A stretch of 64,000 nt of DNA from Magnetococcales bacterium. GTDB lineage: Bacteria > Pseudomonadota > Magnetococcia > Magnetococcales > JADFWU01. This document shows, piece by piece, positions 27,312 to 35,829 of this stretch (its first letter is position 1; each line of letters opens with the position of its first letter). The stretch spans positions 253 through 64,252 of the forward strand of contig JADFWU010000013.1 in NCBI GenBank assembly GCA_015234045.1, in the 5' to 3' direction. The notes beneath the pieces were generated by a model, which searched no databases, was not told the origin of the DNA, and worked only from the letters and a program-made list of their open reading frames with translations. A program made the translations under genes and the position numbers.

Positions 27312-30300
27312 TCAACCGGGCATTTCAAACGGCGGCTCCTCTTTATTCCAAAACAGAGGCAAATCTTTGGGATCACCACAGCCATAGCTTTTGCCTTCTA
27401 TGAAGGGCTTGTAGCGGTCCAGCATTTTCTGGGGTTTGGGGACATCTTTGAAGGTGTCCCGTTTTTCCTGAGGTAGCGTGCAGAGTGCGGTGACCAATTG
27501 ACGAAGAGGCTCTCTCAAATCAGAGCGGCAGCCTGCCAGGAGATAACCATCATTTATAATATCCAAACGCTCTTCGTGATTGGATACTCTATTAACTATC
27601 GACTGAAAATCAGTGGCCTCAGTTTGACCTGAAGAGTTGGATATCTTAATTAACCAATCAATAAACTGCACAGCAACATCTTTGGTTTTTCTTCTTAGCC
27701 ATGTTTCAGACAACTCAACTATTTCATCAAATTGTTTTTCAAGAGCTAATGTCAATATAGTTTGATTAACAAACTCAGAAACCCCTTTCCCTTGCTGCAT
27801 GATTAAAAGAGACTTCTCAAAATGCTCTCTTGCCAAATCTGTTTCATTGAGATGTTGATATAATGAGCCTAAATTTCTATGTATATAAGCCCTACCTGCT
27901 TCATCCTCAGAAACAGTTAACCCCTTCTTAAAAACAGACTTGGCTATGCTGAAATAGCCATTACGATAATAAGATAATAATCCGAGACCATTCCATGCAT
28001 GCGCAAACTTTGGATCCAGATCTATCGCTTTTCGATACGATGACTCCGAGTCTTCATAACGATCCATATAATTTTGATACAAATTGCCCAACTCTTGCCA
28101 TGGATGCGCTAATTTTGGATCCAGTTCTATCGCTTTTCGGTATGATGACTCCGAGTCTTCATAACGCTCCATATGATTTTGATACAAATTACCCAATCCA
28201 TGCCATGGAGGCGCATACTTTGGATCCAGTTCTATCGCTTTTCGGTACGATGACTCCGATTCTTCATAACGCTCCATATGATATTGATACAAATTGCCCA
28301 ATTCATTCCATGAAATCGCAACCTTTGGCTCCAGTTCTATCGCTTTTCGATACGATGACTCCGAGTCTTCATAACGCCCCATGTTATATTGATACAAATT
28401 GCCTAATTCATACCATGAACCTGCAAACTTTGAATCCAGATCTATCGCTTTTCGATACGATGACTCTGAGTCTTCATAACGCCCCATGTTATATTGATAC
28501 AAATTGCCCAATCCATACCATGGATCTGCAAACTTTGAATCCCGTTCTATTGCTTTATTATAATACAACTCAGCGTTTTTATAATTCTCCATACAATTAT
28601 GATATAAATCTCCCAAAGCGGCACATACCCGAGCATCTTCTGGATCAATATCAGCAGCTTTTTTATAACATCTCTCAGCTTCAGGACATTCACCCTGTTC
28701 ACCAAAAGAATCCCCAACTCGTCCCCAAATACTTAAAACATCTTCTTCCACCGATTCAACACCTTGATAAATCAACTCTCTCAGTTCAGTATTCTTTCCA
28801 GCTTCCTGCCAAAGCTCATACCAATATTGCCCCCACTGCTCCCAAGCTGGGAACGGATGATTGCCTTTTTCGAAACCTTTTAACAGAGCAGGAACTATTG
28901 AATTATCTTCATTGAGAACAATGTGTTCTACCCACTCTTTTTGATGCTTAAAATAGTGGGAAATCAAATTAGGAATAAATTCACCATCCAGCATAGAAAG
29001 CTTTTGTCGTTCCTCATTAAACACCCCAACCAACTCATTGATTTGAGCAGCACTCAACGTGTCAAAATCGTCCAACAATTGCTTCTTATTTTCCCAAGAC
29101 ATGGACGTAAAGCCGGATAACCAGTCCAAAAATTCATCATGGCTGACCTTAACGCCCTCCGGCATTGGTTTAGAGCCAATGAGTTCTTCTCTGACAGAAT
29201 CAATTGTGCGCCCTTCTTCTGGCATCAGGTCCAAAGGCCAATACCAGTGAGGCAAACGCAACAGAGGAATAAAATCCTCGCTCCGATGTTTTTTTGGCAA
29301 TGAATCATCGAGAAGAAAGTGTTCTCTTTGCTGATTATCTGATTTTTTACTTTTCTGACTATCTGGTTTTCTATCCGCAGAGATACCGGTAGTGCGGGAG
29401 ATTTTTTCTTGGATTTCCCGCTCCTGTTTTTCCAGAAGCTGCCCATCAATGTCTTCGGCTATATTGATTACAGATTGTACATAGGGGTGCTCACGATTTT
29501 TCAAAGCCAGAGGTAGATCTGAAACAGCGAGATGTGGCGTATAGGGCAGCGTATATATTACAGGAACGACCTCATCCTGTTCACCTTCAGAAACATGCAG
29601 GCGTTCATCTTTCAACAACTGTTTACCCTGATTCAATGCCTGCATGGCAAAAGGATCATCATGGATATGGGCTGGAATCGGTGAGAACACCACTTTCAGG
29701 TCTTTTGCATAACACCCCAAAGGCACGCGCTCTTTTCGAAGTGCTTTAAGGGTTAAACTAAGACCTGTTAAATTCTGCTCATTAAGTCCAGATATCAAAA
29801 CGATTTCATCAGCTAAATAGCCCAGCGTCATATTCAACAGTTCTGGAAATCCTGTACGGCAATCAATCAGAACATAGTCGAATTTTTTCTTACAATCAGG
29901 GAGGACAAACTGGGAAAAATCTTCTCTCAATTTGAATGAAAAGCCCCTTAACGCCTTGTCAAAAGGATTTTTCGACGCGCCGTTCGAACTGGGAATAGTT
30001 TGAATTTCACCATCAATGATAGTTGGCGACTGAAAACGTACCTTACCTGCGCCCATGGCCATAATTCGACCATTCCGCCCCCAAACCATCCCCTTTGGAG
30101 GAAACATTTCCCGAAACAGTCTACCGGCTGGATAGTAGCCAAAATGATCGGGATTCTCTTTATGTTTTTCGTAGAAAATTGTCAGCAGATCACTAAATCC
30201 TCGACCTTCAAGAGAAGGATCACTCCAGGGTGAATTTTTCAGCATGGGAGAATAGGTCAGCCCAGGAGCCGCCAGATCCATATCCACCAAGCCAATCACT

Positions 30301-30392
30301 TTACCCAAAGAAGCCCAGTAGGTAGCCAGATTCATCATCAAAGAGGTTCTGCCAACACCACCTTTAAATGAGAAGAACGCTATAATTTTCAT
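27312..30392 (-). CDS. ParA/MinD-like 'KGGVGR' variant NTPase fused to a 35-aa TPR-like repeat array (1026 aa); cassette gene A
   Basis: N-terminus MKIIAFFSFKGGVGRTS is a deviant Walker A with the P-loop Lys replaced by Arg. Switch motif VDMDLAAPGL; Walker B FDYVLIDCRTG. It has at least 7 tandem 35-aa TPR-like units (W.xLGNLYQ...RYEDSESSYRKAI(E/D)LDPK). The C-terminal tail DRYKPF..GCGDPKD...EMPG is shared with the 32416-35829 product. Confidence 0.85.
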   Translation of the reverse strand: MKIIAFFSFKGGVGRTSLMMNLATYWASLGKVIGLVDMDLAAPGLTYSPMLKNSPWSDPSLEGRGFSDLLTIFYEKHKENPDHFGYYPAGRLFREMFPPKGMVWGRNGRIMAMGAGKVRFQSPTIIDGEIQTIPSSNGASKNPFDKALRGFSFKLREDFSQFVLPDCKKKFDYVLIDCRTGFPELLNMTLGYLADEIVLISGLNEQNLTGLSLTLKALRKERVPLGCYAKDLKVVFSPIPAHIHDDPFAMQALNQGKQLLKDERLHVSEGEQDEVVPVIYTLPYTPHLAVSDLPLALKNREHPYVQSVINIAEDIDGQLLEKQEREIQEKISRTTGISADRKPDSQKSKKSDNQQREHFLLDDSLPKKHRSEDFIPLLRLPHWYWPLDLMPEEGRTIDSVREELIGSKPMPEGVKVSHDEFLDWLSGFTSMSWENKKQLLDDFDTLSAAQINELVGVFNEERQKLSMLDGEFIPNLISHYFKHQKEWVEHIVLNEDNSIVPALLKGFEKGNHPFPAWEQWGQYWYELWQEAGKNTELRELIYQGVESVEEDVLSIWGRVGDSFGEQGECPEAERCYKKAADIDPEDARVCAALGDLYHNCMENYKNAELYYNKAIERDSKFADPWYGLGNLYQYNMGRYEDSESSYRKAIDLDSKFAGSWYELGNLYQYNMGRYEDSESSYRKAIELEPKVAISWNELGNLYQYHMERYEESESSYRKAIELDPKYAPPWHGLGNLYQNHMERYEDSESSYRKAIELDPKLAHPWQELGNLYQNYMDRYEDSESSYRKAIDLDPKFAHAWNGLGLLSYYRNGYFSIAKSVFKKGLTVSEDEAGRAYIHRNLGSLYQHLNETDLAREHFEKSLLIMQQGKGVSEFVNQTILTLALEKQFDEIVELSETWLRRKTKDVAVQFIDWLIKISNSSGQTEATDFQSIVNRVSNHEERLDIINDGYLLAGCRSDLREPLRQLVTALCTLPQEKRDTFKDVPKPQKMLDRYKPFIEGKSYGCGDPKDLPLFWNKEEPPFEMPG
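27990..28620 (-). repeat. Six tandem 105-bp DNA repeats (coding 35-aa TPR-like units) inside cassette gene A
   Basis: An anchor motif recurs at 28011, 28116, 28221, 28326, 28431 and 28536, a strict 105-bp period. The units at 28326 and 28431 differ by about 1 nt over ~67 nt. Confidence 0.9.
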
Positions 30393-31378
30393 GCCACATA
30401 CTCTTCACTACTAAAAGACTCTCCTGGCATTGTATTAATAGCTTCAATTACACATTCATCTAAACCTCCATCAACCAAATCGAATGTAACGCTCTTTGAT
30501 TCTGAAAGTGGTATTTCAGAATCTTCTAATTCACCCTCTCTCTCTGACGGTTCAAGAATTTTATCTTCATCTTTCTTTGCCAGCACAGAAACTCCACTAC
30601 TACGAATCATTTCAACCTGATCCGACCAAATTTTATTCACCCGCCTTGCCGCAGCCTCATATTTTTCATAGGAACAGTTCTCAAAAAATGGCTGCACTTT
30701 CCCTTCATAAATAATCGGTAAAACTTCCAACGCTTTCGGCATCAGGCGAGTAACCGCTGCACGACGAACCATAAAACTCCAAAGCAGATCCTCATGCTGA
30801 CTATCAACACATAGCTCGCCTATATCAGTCCACACCTCTATTTGTTTCAATGACTCAATAGACAGTTCACCTTGATTATCAATCATTCCCTGCAAAATCT
30901 TCTGTGGAATCTTTATATCAAGACGATCTAACAATTTATTTCCAGCAGCTCTTCTCATCTGCTTGATGTCATCATGCGTGGCAAACATCAATTTCTTTGT
31001 CCCACACATCCACTTTCCTGACAGCGGCGGCAAGAATTGTGATCGAGATTTTGCTTCGGTGTTTTCAACAAACCTGGGAAAGGAACCGGCCAACGCTTCA
31101 TACTCTTTTAAAAATTCAGAATCCATATAAAAAGCACGGATATTTCTTCCTACGAACTTTTTTTCAACAACCGGACAGAGCAACCCTGTTTCTGAATACT
31201 CTTCAAAATCAGATCGGCTGATAATTTTTGTAATATCTTCCAGAATATCATCCAACAACCCCAATTTATCCGGCTCTTGTGTGCTATGTACAATCACAGC
31301 CTCCTCACCACAGCCATCTGCGAGACTTCTGTTGACAGCTTCAACAATTACTTTTTGATTGTCTGTCGTCTCAGTCAT
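30389..31378 (-). CDS. Hypothetical acidic protein (329 aa); cassette gene B
   Basis: The ATG at 31378 overlaps the stop of gene C (ATGA), and its own stop overlaps the ATG of gene A (ATGA). No recognisable motif. Acidic C-terminal tail. Low GC, like A and C. Confidence 0.7.
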   Translation of the reverse strand: MTETTDNQKVIVEAVNRSLADGCGEEAVIVHSTQEPDKLGLLDDILEDITKIISRSDFEEYSETGLLCPVVEKKFVGRNIRAFYMDSEFLKEYEALAGSFPRFVENTEAKSRSQFLPPLSGKWMCGTKKLMFATHDDIKQMRRAAGNKLLDRLDIKIPQKILQGMIDNQGELSIESLKQIEVWTDIGELCVDSQHEDLLWSFMVRRAAVTRLMPKALEVLPIIYEGKVQPFFENCSYEKYEAAARRVNKIWSDQVEMIRSSGVSVLAKKDEDKILEPSEREGELEDSEIPLSESKSVTFDLVDGGLDECVIEAINTMPGESFSSEEYVA

Positions 31379-32262
31379 CTCATACCGCCCTGCTTTTTCT
31401 CTATCCAATTTTTCATAAAATCACGCACGCCTTGTTCCGGGTCAGCGCCATAATCCAGAAAACCATCTGGCAATTCGGGAGGTTCCGACACCCCTTCCTC
31501 ACCTCTGACATAGGCTTCTTTCCATAGAGCCAACGCGCCAAGAACCTTTCGATAAGTTTCCTTTGGCATTGCCCAGCCTAACAATGCATCAGTAACAGAA
31601 ATAGGTTTTGGTCCGGTTAATCGCACTTCCCAAGTCCAAGAGGCCCAGTCATCAGACAACTTGTCCACATAGCGAACGGGAAGATCACAATGATCCCAAC
31701 AAGCATCTTTCAATTCTGGGCAACTTGCAGGTTTGTCACCATCCATATAATTTTGCCACTCAGAACCATAGAAGGACCACAAATATTCATGGAAGCCAGC
31801 ACGCCACTGATCCAATTCCATCCGTGTTTCCTGTAAAAATTTTACAGCCTTAAACCGCTCTTTATCCTCAGATTCAACAGGAAACGGCTTGCAATTTCCT
31901 GTGAACACACCACCGCTGTCACACGGCGTTGCACAACCATCCTTTTCGCGCTCTATCTCCGGATGATAACACAGCATAATTAGCTCACCATAAACCTCAT
32001 CTCGACCAATTGCTCTTTTTTCAGCCTTATTTCGGTCAGGCCGCCCAGCTTTTCCAGCATACATGTAAACAGCAGGCATCCAACCGCATTTTTCCTGCAC
32101 GTCCCAACAACGACTGCCTTTTTTGGACACATGATAGAAAAGAGAGTCCTGGTTTTTATCTTTAAAGGCATCAAAAATCCAATCAACAGGTGTCGTATGC
32201 ACCAACGGCATCCAAGATGCGGGTGATTTACCTTCCCGAAACACTTGTTCAATCATGGCCAT
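31375..32262 (-). CDS. Hypothetical Cys/Trp-rich protein (295 aa); cassette gene C
   Basis: ATG at 32262 has GGAG 6 nt upstream. The track start 32325 adds 21 implausible residues. Many Cys and Trp residues (CWDVQEKCGW, CATPCDSGG..GNC, SCPELKDACWDHC). No family recognised. Confidence 0.7.
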   Translation of the reverse strand: MAMIEQVFREGKSPASWMPLVHTTPVDWIFDAFKDKNQDSLFYHVSKKGSRCWDVQEKCGWMPAVYMYAGKAGRPDRNKAEKRAIGRDEVYGELIMLCYHPEIEREKDGCATPCDSGGVFTGNCKPFPVESEDKERFKAVKFLQETRMELDQWRAGFHEYLWSFYGSEWQNYMDGDKPASCPELKDACWDHCDLPVRYVDKLSDDWASWTWEVRLTGPKPISVTDALLGWAMPKETYRKVLGALALWKEAYVRGEEGVSEPPELPDGFLDYGADPEQGVRDFMKNWIEKKQGGMR

Positions 32263-32373
32263 ATACAACTCCAGTAAGTACGCATATCCACAACTCAAAA
32301 AACATAATCGCTTACAGTTGTTCAACGCAATCCTGAAGATACTATATGATATTTATTCTTTGTTAAAGATTTG

Positions 32374-32400
32374 ACCGGGCTTCAAGGAGGGAAGCCCGGT
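32374..32400. terminator. GC-rich hairpin between cassette genes D and C
   Basis: ACCGGGCTTC-aaggagg-GAAGCCCGGT: 10-bp perfect stem with a 7-nt loop, 16 nt past the stop of gene D. A T-tract (TTTTGTT) follows on the plus strand and an A-tract precedes on the minus strand, so it could act bidirectionally. On the gene strand the trailing sequence is only CAAAUCUUU. Confidence 0.45.
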
Positions 32401-32415
32401 TTTGTTGAGAAGACC

Positions 32416-35400
32416 TCAGCCAGGCATATCCAACACCGGTTCGTCCTCTTTGAAGAACCGGTTCATATCATTCGGATCGCCACAACCAATGCTTAATCGT
32501 GCAACAAATGGTTTGTAGCGGTCCAAAATCTCTTTTGGAAGAGCTACATCTTTAAAGGTTTCCAGCTTTTCAGCAGGCAATCCATAGAGCTTATTGGCAA
32601 AGCGGCGTAATGGTAGGCGCAGATCTGCCCGGAAGCCGGATATCCGATAACAAGCCGTGAGTATTTCGAACCGTGTGTAGTGGCTGGAGAGCGTATCTAT
32701 GACCGATTGCGTGTTCATGGCATCCAGTGGTGTTTTTTGGAGCCAGGCGGCAAAATGTAGATTAGCGTCTTTTGGGAATTTTATTAGCCAATCATTCAGA
32801 ATATCCGCTGATTGATCGCCCTTTTTGTTCAGGCAGGCTTCCAAAATGATCTGAATATGGCAATGATGGCGGTATAGATCGGGCCTGAGACCGGATAAGG
32901 ATTGATCCAAGTGCGCGATGGCCATACCGTTTTCATCGGCATGCTGGTAAAGAAAACCAAGATCCCGTTGCAGGGTTGCATTGATATTTTCATCATCAGC
33001 CAGTGACAAACCTTTTTCAATCAATTTCTTGGCGGCGCTGTAATGGCCTCGGTGCATCCAATAAAGCAAGCCCATACCATGCCAGGGATAGGCATATCTT
33101 GGATCAAGCTCAATGGACTTACGATAAGCCGCTTCCGCTTCATCAAGACGACCCAGATGATCTTGCAACAGATTGCCCAACCCATTCCACGCAGAGGCAT
33201 AACTCGGCTTTAAAGTCAGTGCATGTTGATAGGCTGATTCCGACTCGGCATAGCGTGCGAAGTGATTTTTCAGCAGGTTGCCCAGCTTGTTCCAGGGATC
33301 AACCTCTGAGGCATCAAGCTCAATCGATTTCCGATAAGCGGCTTCCGCCTCTTCCGGTCTACCCAATTTATATTGATACAGATTGCCCAGACCATGCCAA
33401 GGCGCGGCCAGAGAGCCATCCGCTTCGATAATCTTGATGTACGCCTCTTCCGAAGCGTCTGGCCGGTGCAGCTTGTACTGATACAAATTGCCCAACGTAT
33501 ACCAGGGATGGGCATAATTGGGATCAAGCTCAATAGCCTTTTTGAATACAGCCTCTGAATCTTCTGGACGGTCCAGTTTATTTTGATACAACTTGCCCAG
33601 ACCATGCCACGCATCGGCGTATTTTGGATCAAGTTCCAACGCCTGTTGATAGGCCGCTTCCGAAGCCTCAGGCCTGTCCAGTACATGTTGATAAAGATTG
33701 GCCAACCCTTGGTGATAATTGGGCAGACGCGGTTCCAACTCAATGGCGGTCTGATAAGCGGCTTCAGACTCCTCTGCGCGGTCGAGTTTATAGTGCAACA
33801 GCTTGGCTAGTCCGTACCACGGATACGCCAGCGAACCATCCAAGGCAATGGCCTTACGGTACGCCTTTTCAGACTCTTCATAGCGATTGAGATGGTTTTT
33901 GAGCAGATTACCCAGACCATGCCAAGTATCGGCGTTGTTGGGATCACTCTCCAACGCTTTCCGATAGGCCGACTCAGCCTGTTCTGGACGATTGAGCGTA
34001 TATTGATACAGATTACCAAGCCCTTGCCAGGCATTGGCCAGCGACTCATCCAGCGCCAGCGCCTGACGGTACACTTTTTCCGCATCGGAGGGACGGTCAA
34101 GGCGTTCATGCAACAGCCGACCAAAGTTTGACCACGCTTCAGGATCATTCCGATCCTGGTCAATACTCTTGATAAATGCACCCGCCGCTTGATCATACTC
34201 TCCAGAAGCGGCAAGACGGATGCCTAAACGATTCCAAGCTGAAGCATCTTCGGTATCCATTTTAAACGCCTCCTGCATAGCCTGTTCATAACGTGGGGGG
34301 TCATTGCGAAACAGTTCTGCCAACGCAACCCAAAAAATCGGTAGATCTTCCCAGCTTGGGAATGATCCTTTGCGTTGAGCCGCCTGATCCATAAGCGGCT
34401 TGATGATCTTACCGGGCTGATTCAGAATCACGCGATCTGCCCAGGCAATCTGATGGTGCAGATAGAACACCATGCGTGAGGTCGGGTCTGAGCCATCCGG
34501 CACAGCGTGTCTTTGCCGTTCCCTATCCAATATATCAATCAGCGCGTTGAGTTGCGACTGTGACAGATCCGGCATAAGAGCTAAAATACGTTTTTTCTCA
34601 CCCACTGAAAAAGCCACCGAACCGGCCAGCAGGTCCAAAATTCCATCTTTATCCGCAATCACACCCTGCGGCAACGTGCCAATCAATCCCGCGCGAACCT
34701 CTGCGATACGATCCTTTTGACCTGTTGCCAAGAGCGGCCAGTACCAACGCGGCAGAATCAATTGAAATTCCGTAGATTCAGCCCTACTATCAGCGCTATC
34801 CAGATATTTCTTGGACGATTTCACCAGCCCTGCCACAGCCGCATCGTCACCAGTGAAGGACACCCCAACACACCGACCCATCGCATACTGGGTCTTTTGG
34901 ATTGTGTGTTGCACGGTTGCCCCATCAATCTGTTCAGCAATCGCCATCACGGTCCGCACATAGGGCAGATCCTGACGATTCAACAGCAACGGCAGATCCG
35001 ATCCGGCAAGCCGAGCATCATAGGGCATAACGAAACACGCTGGCGTGGTTTCGACTTGAATATCTTCAGGCGGCACCAAAGCATACGCAGAAGACAAACG
35101 CACCCCTTTTTCCAACGCCTGCATGGCCAGCGGACAGATATTGATCTGACTCTGCAACGGCGACAACGCCACCACCACGTCACGAGCATACGCACCAAAC
35201 GGAATCGCCTCTTCACGCAACGTTTGGAGCGTTTCAGCAAAAACGGATAAATTTTGACTGGTCAAACCGGACATCAACACGATCTGATCCGCCATATTAC
35301 CCAGCATCAGAGCCAGTAGATCAGGGTATCCCGTCCGAAAATCCACCAACACATAATCAAACGCCCGCCCACTGTCTGGCAAAACGTAATTTTTTACTCT

Positions 35401-35829
35401 CTTTCTAAAATCACGATAAAAAGCCTGCACTTGTTCACTATCAAGCTCTTCAGCAAGTGGTAAACAGATCTCACCACTACGCACGGAACCCGCACCCAAG
35501 GCCCACACCTGACCAGTGCGCCCCCACTTCTGTCCGTTGGGTAGCGTCACTTCTCTGAACAGGGCGGAGAGCGGCAACGCTTCAGCCTCTTCAGACGTAT
35601 CAATCGCATTAAAATAGGCGATTAAATCACTTACGCCACACCCTTCAAATGCCGGATCAGGCCACGCAAGATCGTTGATAAGCGGCAAACCGGTCAAACC
35701 CGGTGCTGCCAGATCCATATCAACCAAACCAACCACGTTGCCAAGTGAGGCCCAATAGGCGGCCAACTCAGTGATCAGAGCAGTGCGACCAACACCGGCC
35801 TGACACGAAAAGAATGCAATGATTTTCAT
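32416..35829 (-). CDS. Paralogous ParA/MinD-like NTPase with degenerate P-loop (QAGVGRT) fused to a 35-aa TPR-like repeat array (~1137 aa); cassette gene D
   Basis: MKIIAFFSCQAGVGRTAL..., VDMDLAAPGL and FDYVLVDFRTG are collinear with gene A. It has about 11 35-aa TPR-like units and the same C-terminal tail (DRYKPF..GCGDPND...DMPG). Start taken at ATG 35829 by homology with A; the track uses a TTG at 35856. Confidence 0.85.
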   Translation of the reverse strand: MKIIAFFSCQAGVGRTALITELAAYWASLGNVVGLVDMDLAAPGLTGLPLINDLAWPDPAFEGCGVSDLIAYFNAIDTSEEAEALPLSALFREVTLPNGQKWGRTGQVWALGAGSVRSGEICLPLAEELDSEQVQAFYRDFRKRVKNYVLPDSGRAFDYVLVDFRTGYPDLLALMLGNMADQIVLMSGLTSQNLSVFAETLQTLREEAIPFGAYARDVVVALSPLQSQINICPLAMQALEKGVRLSSAYALVPPEDIQVETTPACFVMPYDARLAGSDLPLLLNRQDLPYVRTVMAIAEQIDGATVQHTIQKTQYAMGRCVGVSFTGDDAAVAGLVKSSKKYLDSADSRAESTEFQLILPRWYWPLLATGQKDRIAEVRAGLIGTLPQGVIADKDGILDLLAGSVAFSVGEKKRILALMPDLSQSQLNALIDILDRERQRHAVPDGSDPTSRMVFYLHHQIAWADRVILNQPGKIIKPLMDQAAQRKGSFPSWEDLPIFWVALAELFRNDPPRYEQAMQEAFKMDTEDASAWNRLGIRLAASGEYDQAAGAFIKSIDQDRNDPEAWSNFGRLLHERLDRPSDAEKVYRQALALDESLANAWQGLGNLYQYTLNRPEQAESAYRKALESDPNNADTWHGLGNLLKNHLNRYEESEKAYRKAIALDGSLAYPWYGLAKLLHYKLDRAEESEAAYQTAIELEPRLPNYHQGLANLYQHVLDRPEASEAAYQQALELDPKYADAWHGLGKLYQNKLDRPEDSEAVFKKAIELDPNYAHPWYTLGNLYQYKLHRPDASEEAYIKIIEADGSLAAPWHGLGNLYQYKLGRPEEAEAAYRKSIELDASEVDPWNKLGNLLKNHFARYAESESAYQHALTLKPSYASAWNGLGNLLQDHLGRLDEAEAAYRKSIELDPRYAYPWHGMGLLYWMHRGHYSAAKKLIEKGLSLADDENINATLQRDLGFLYQHADENGMAIAHLDQSLSGLRPDLYRHHCHIQIILEACLNKKGDQSADILNDWLIKFPKDANLHFAAWLQKTPLDAMNTQSVIDTLSSHYTRFEILTACYRISGFRADLRLPLRRFANKLYGLPAEKLETFKDVALPKEILDRYKPFVARLSIGCGDPNDMNRFFKEDEPVLDMPG

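Noticed and set aside
27990-28620. Possibility that the regular 105-bp repeats are a CRISPR array
   Set aside because: The units are contiguous with no unique spacers, lie within a long ORF, and translate into TPR units.
27995-28915. 306-aa plus-strand ORF with a striking internal periodicity (LDP.LSLFDTMTPSLHN.PY.FDTNCP...)
   Set aside because: It is the antisense shadow of the 105-bp tandem TPR repeats in minus-strand gene A. The periodicity comes from the repeats, and the sense-strand protein has clear ParA/TPR homology.
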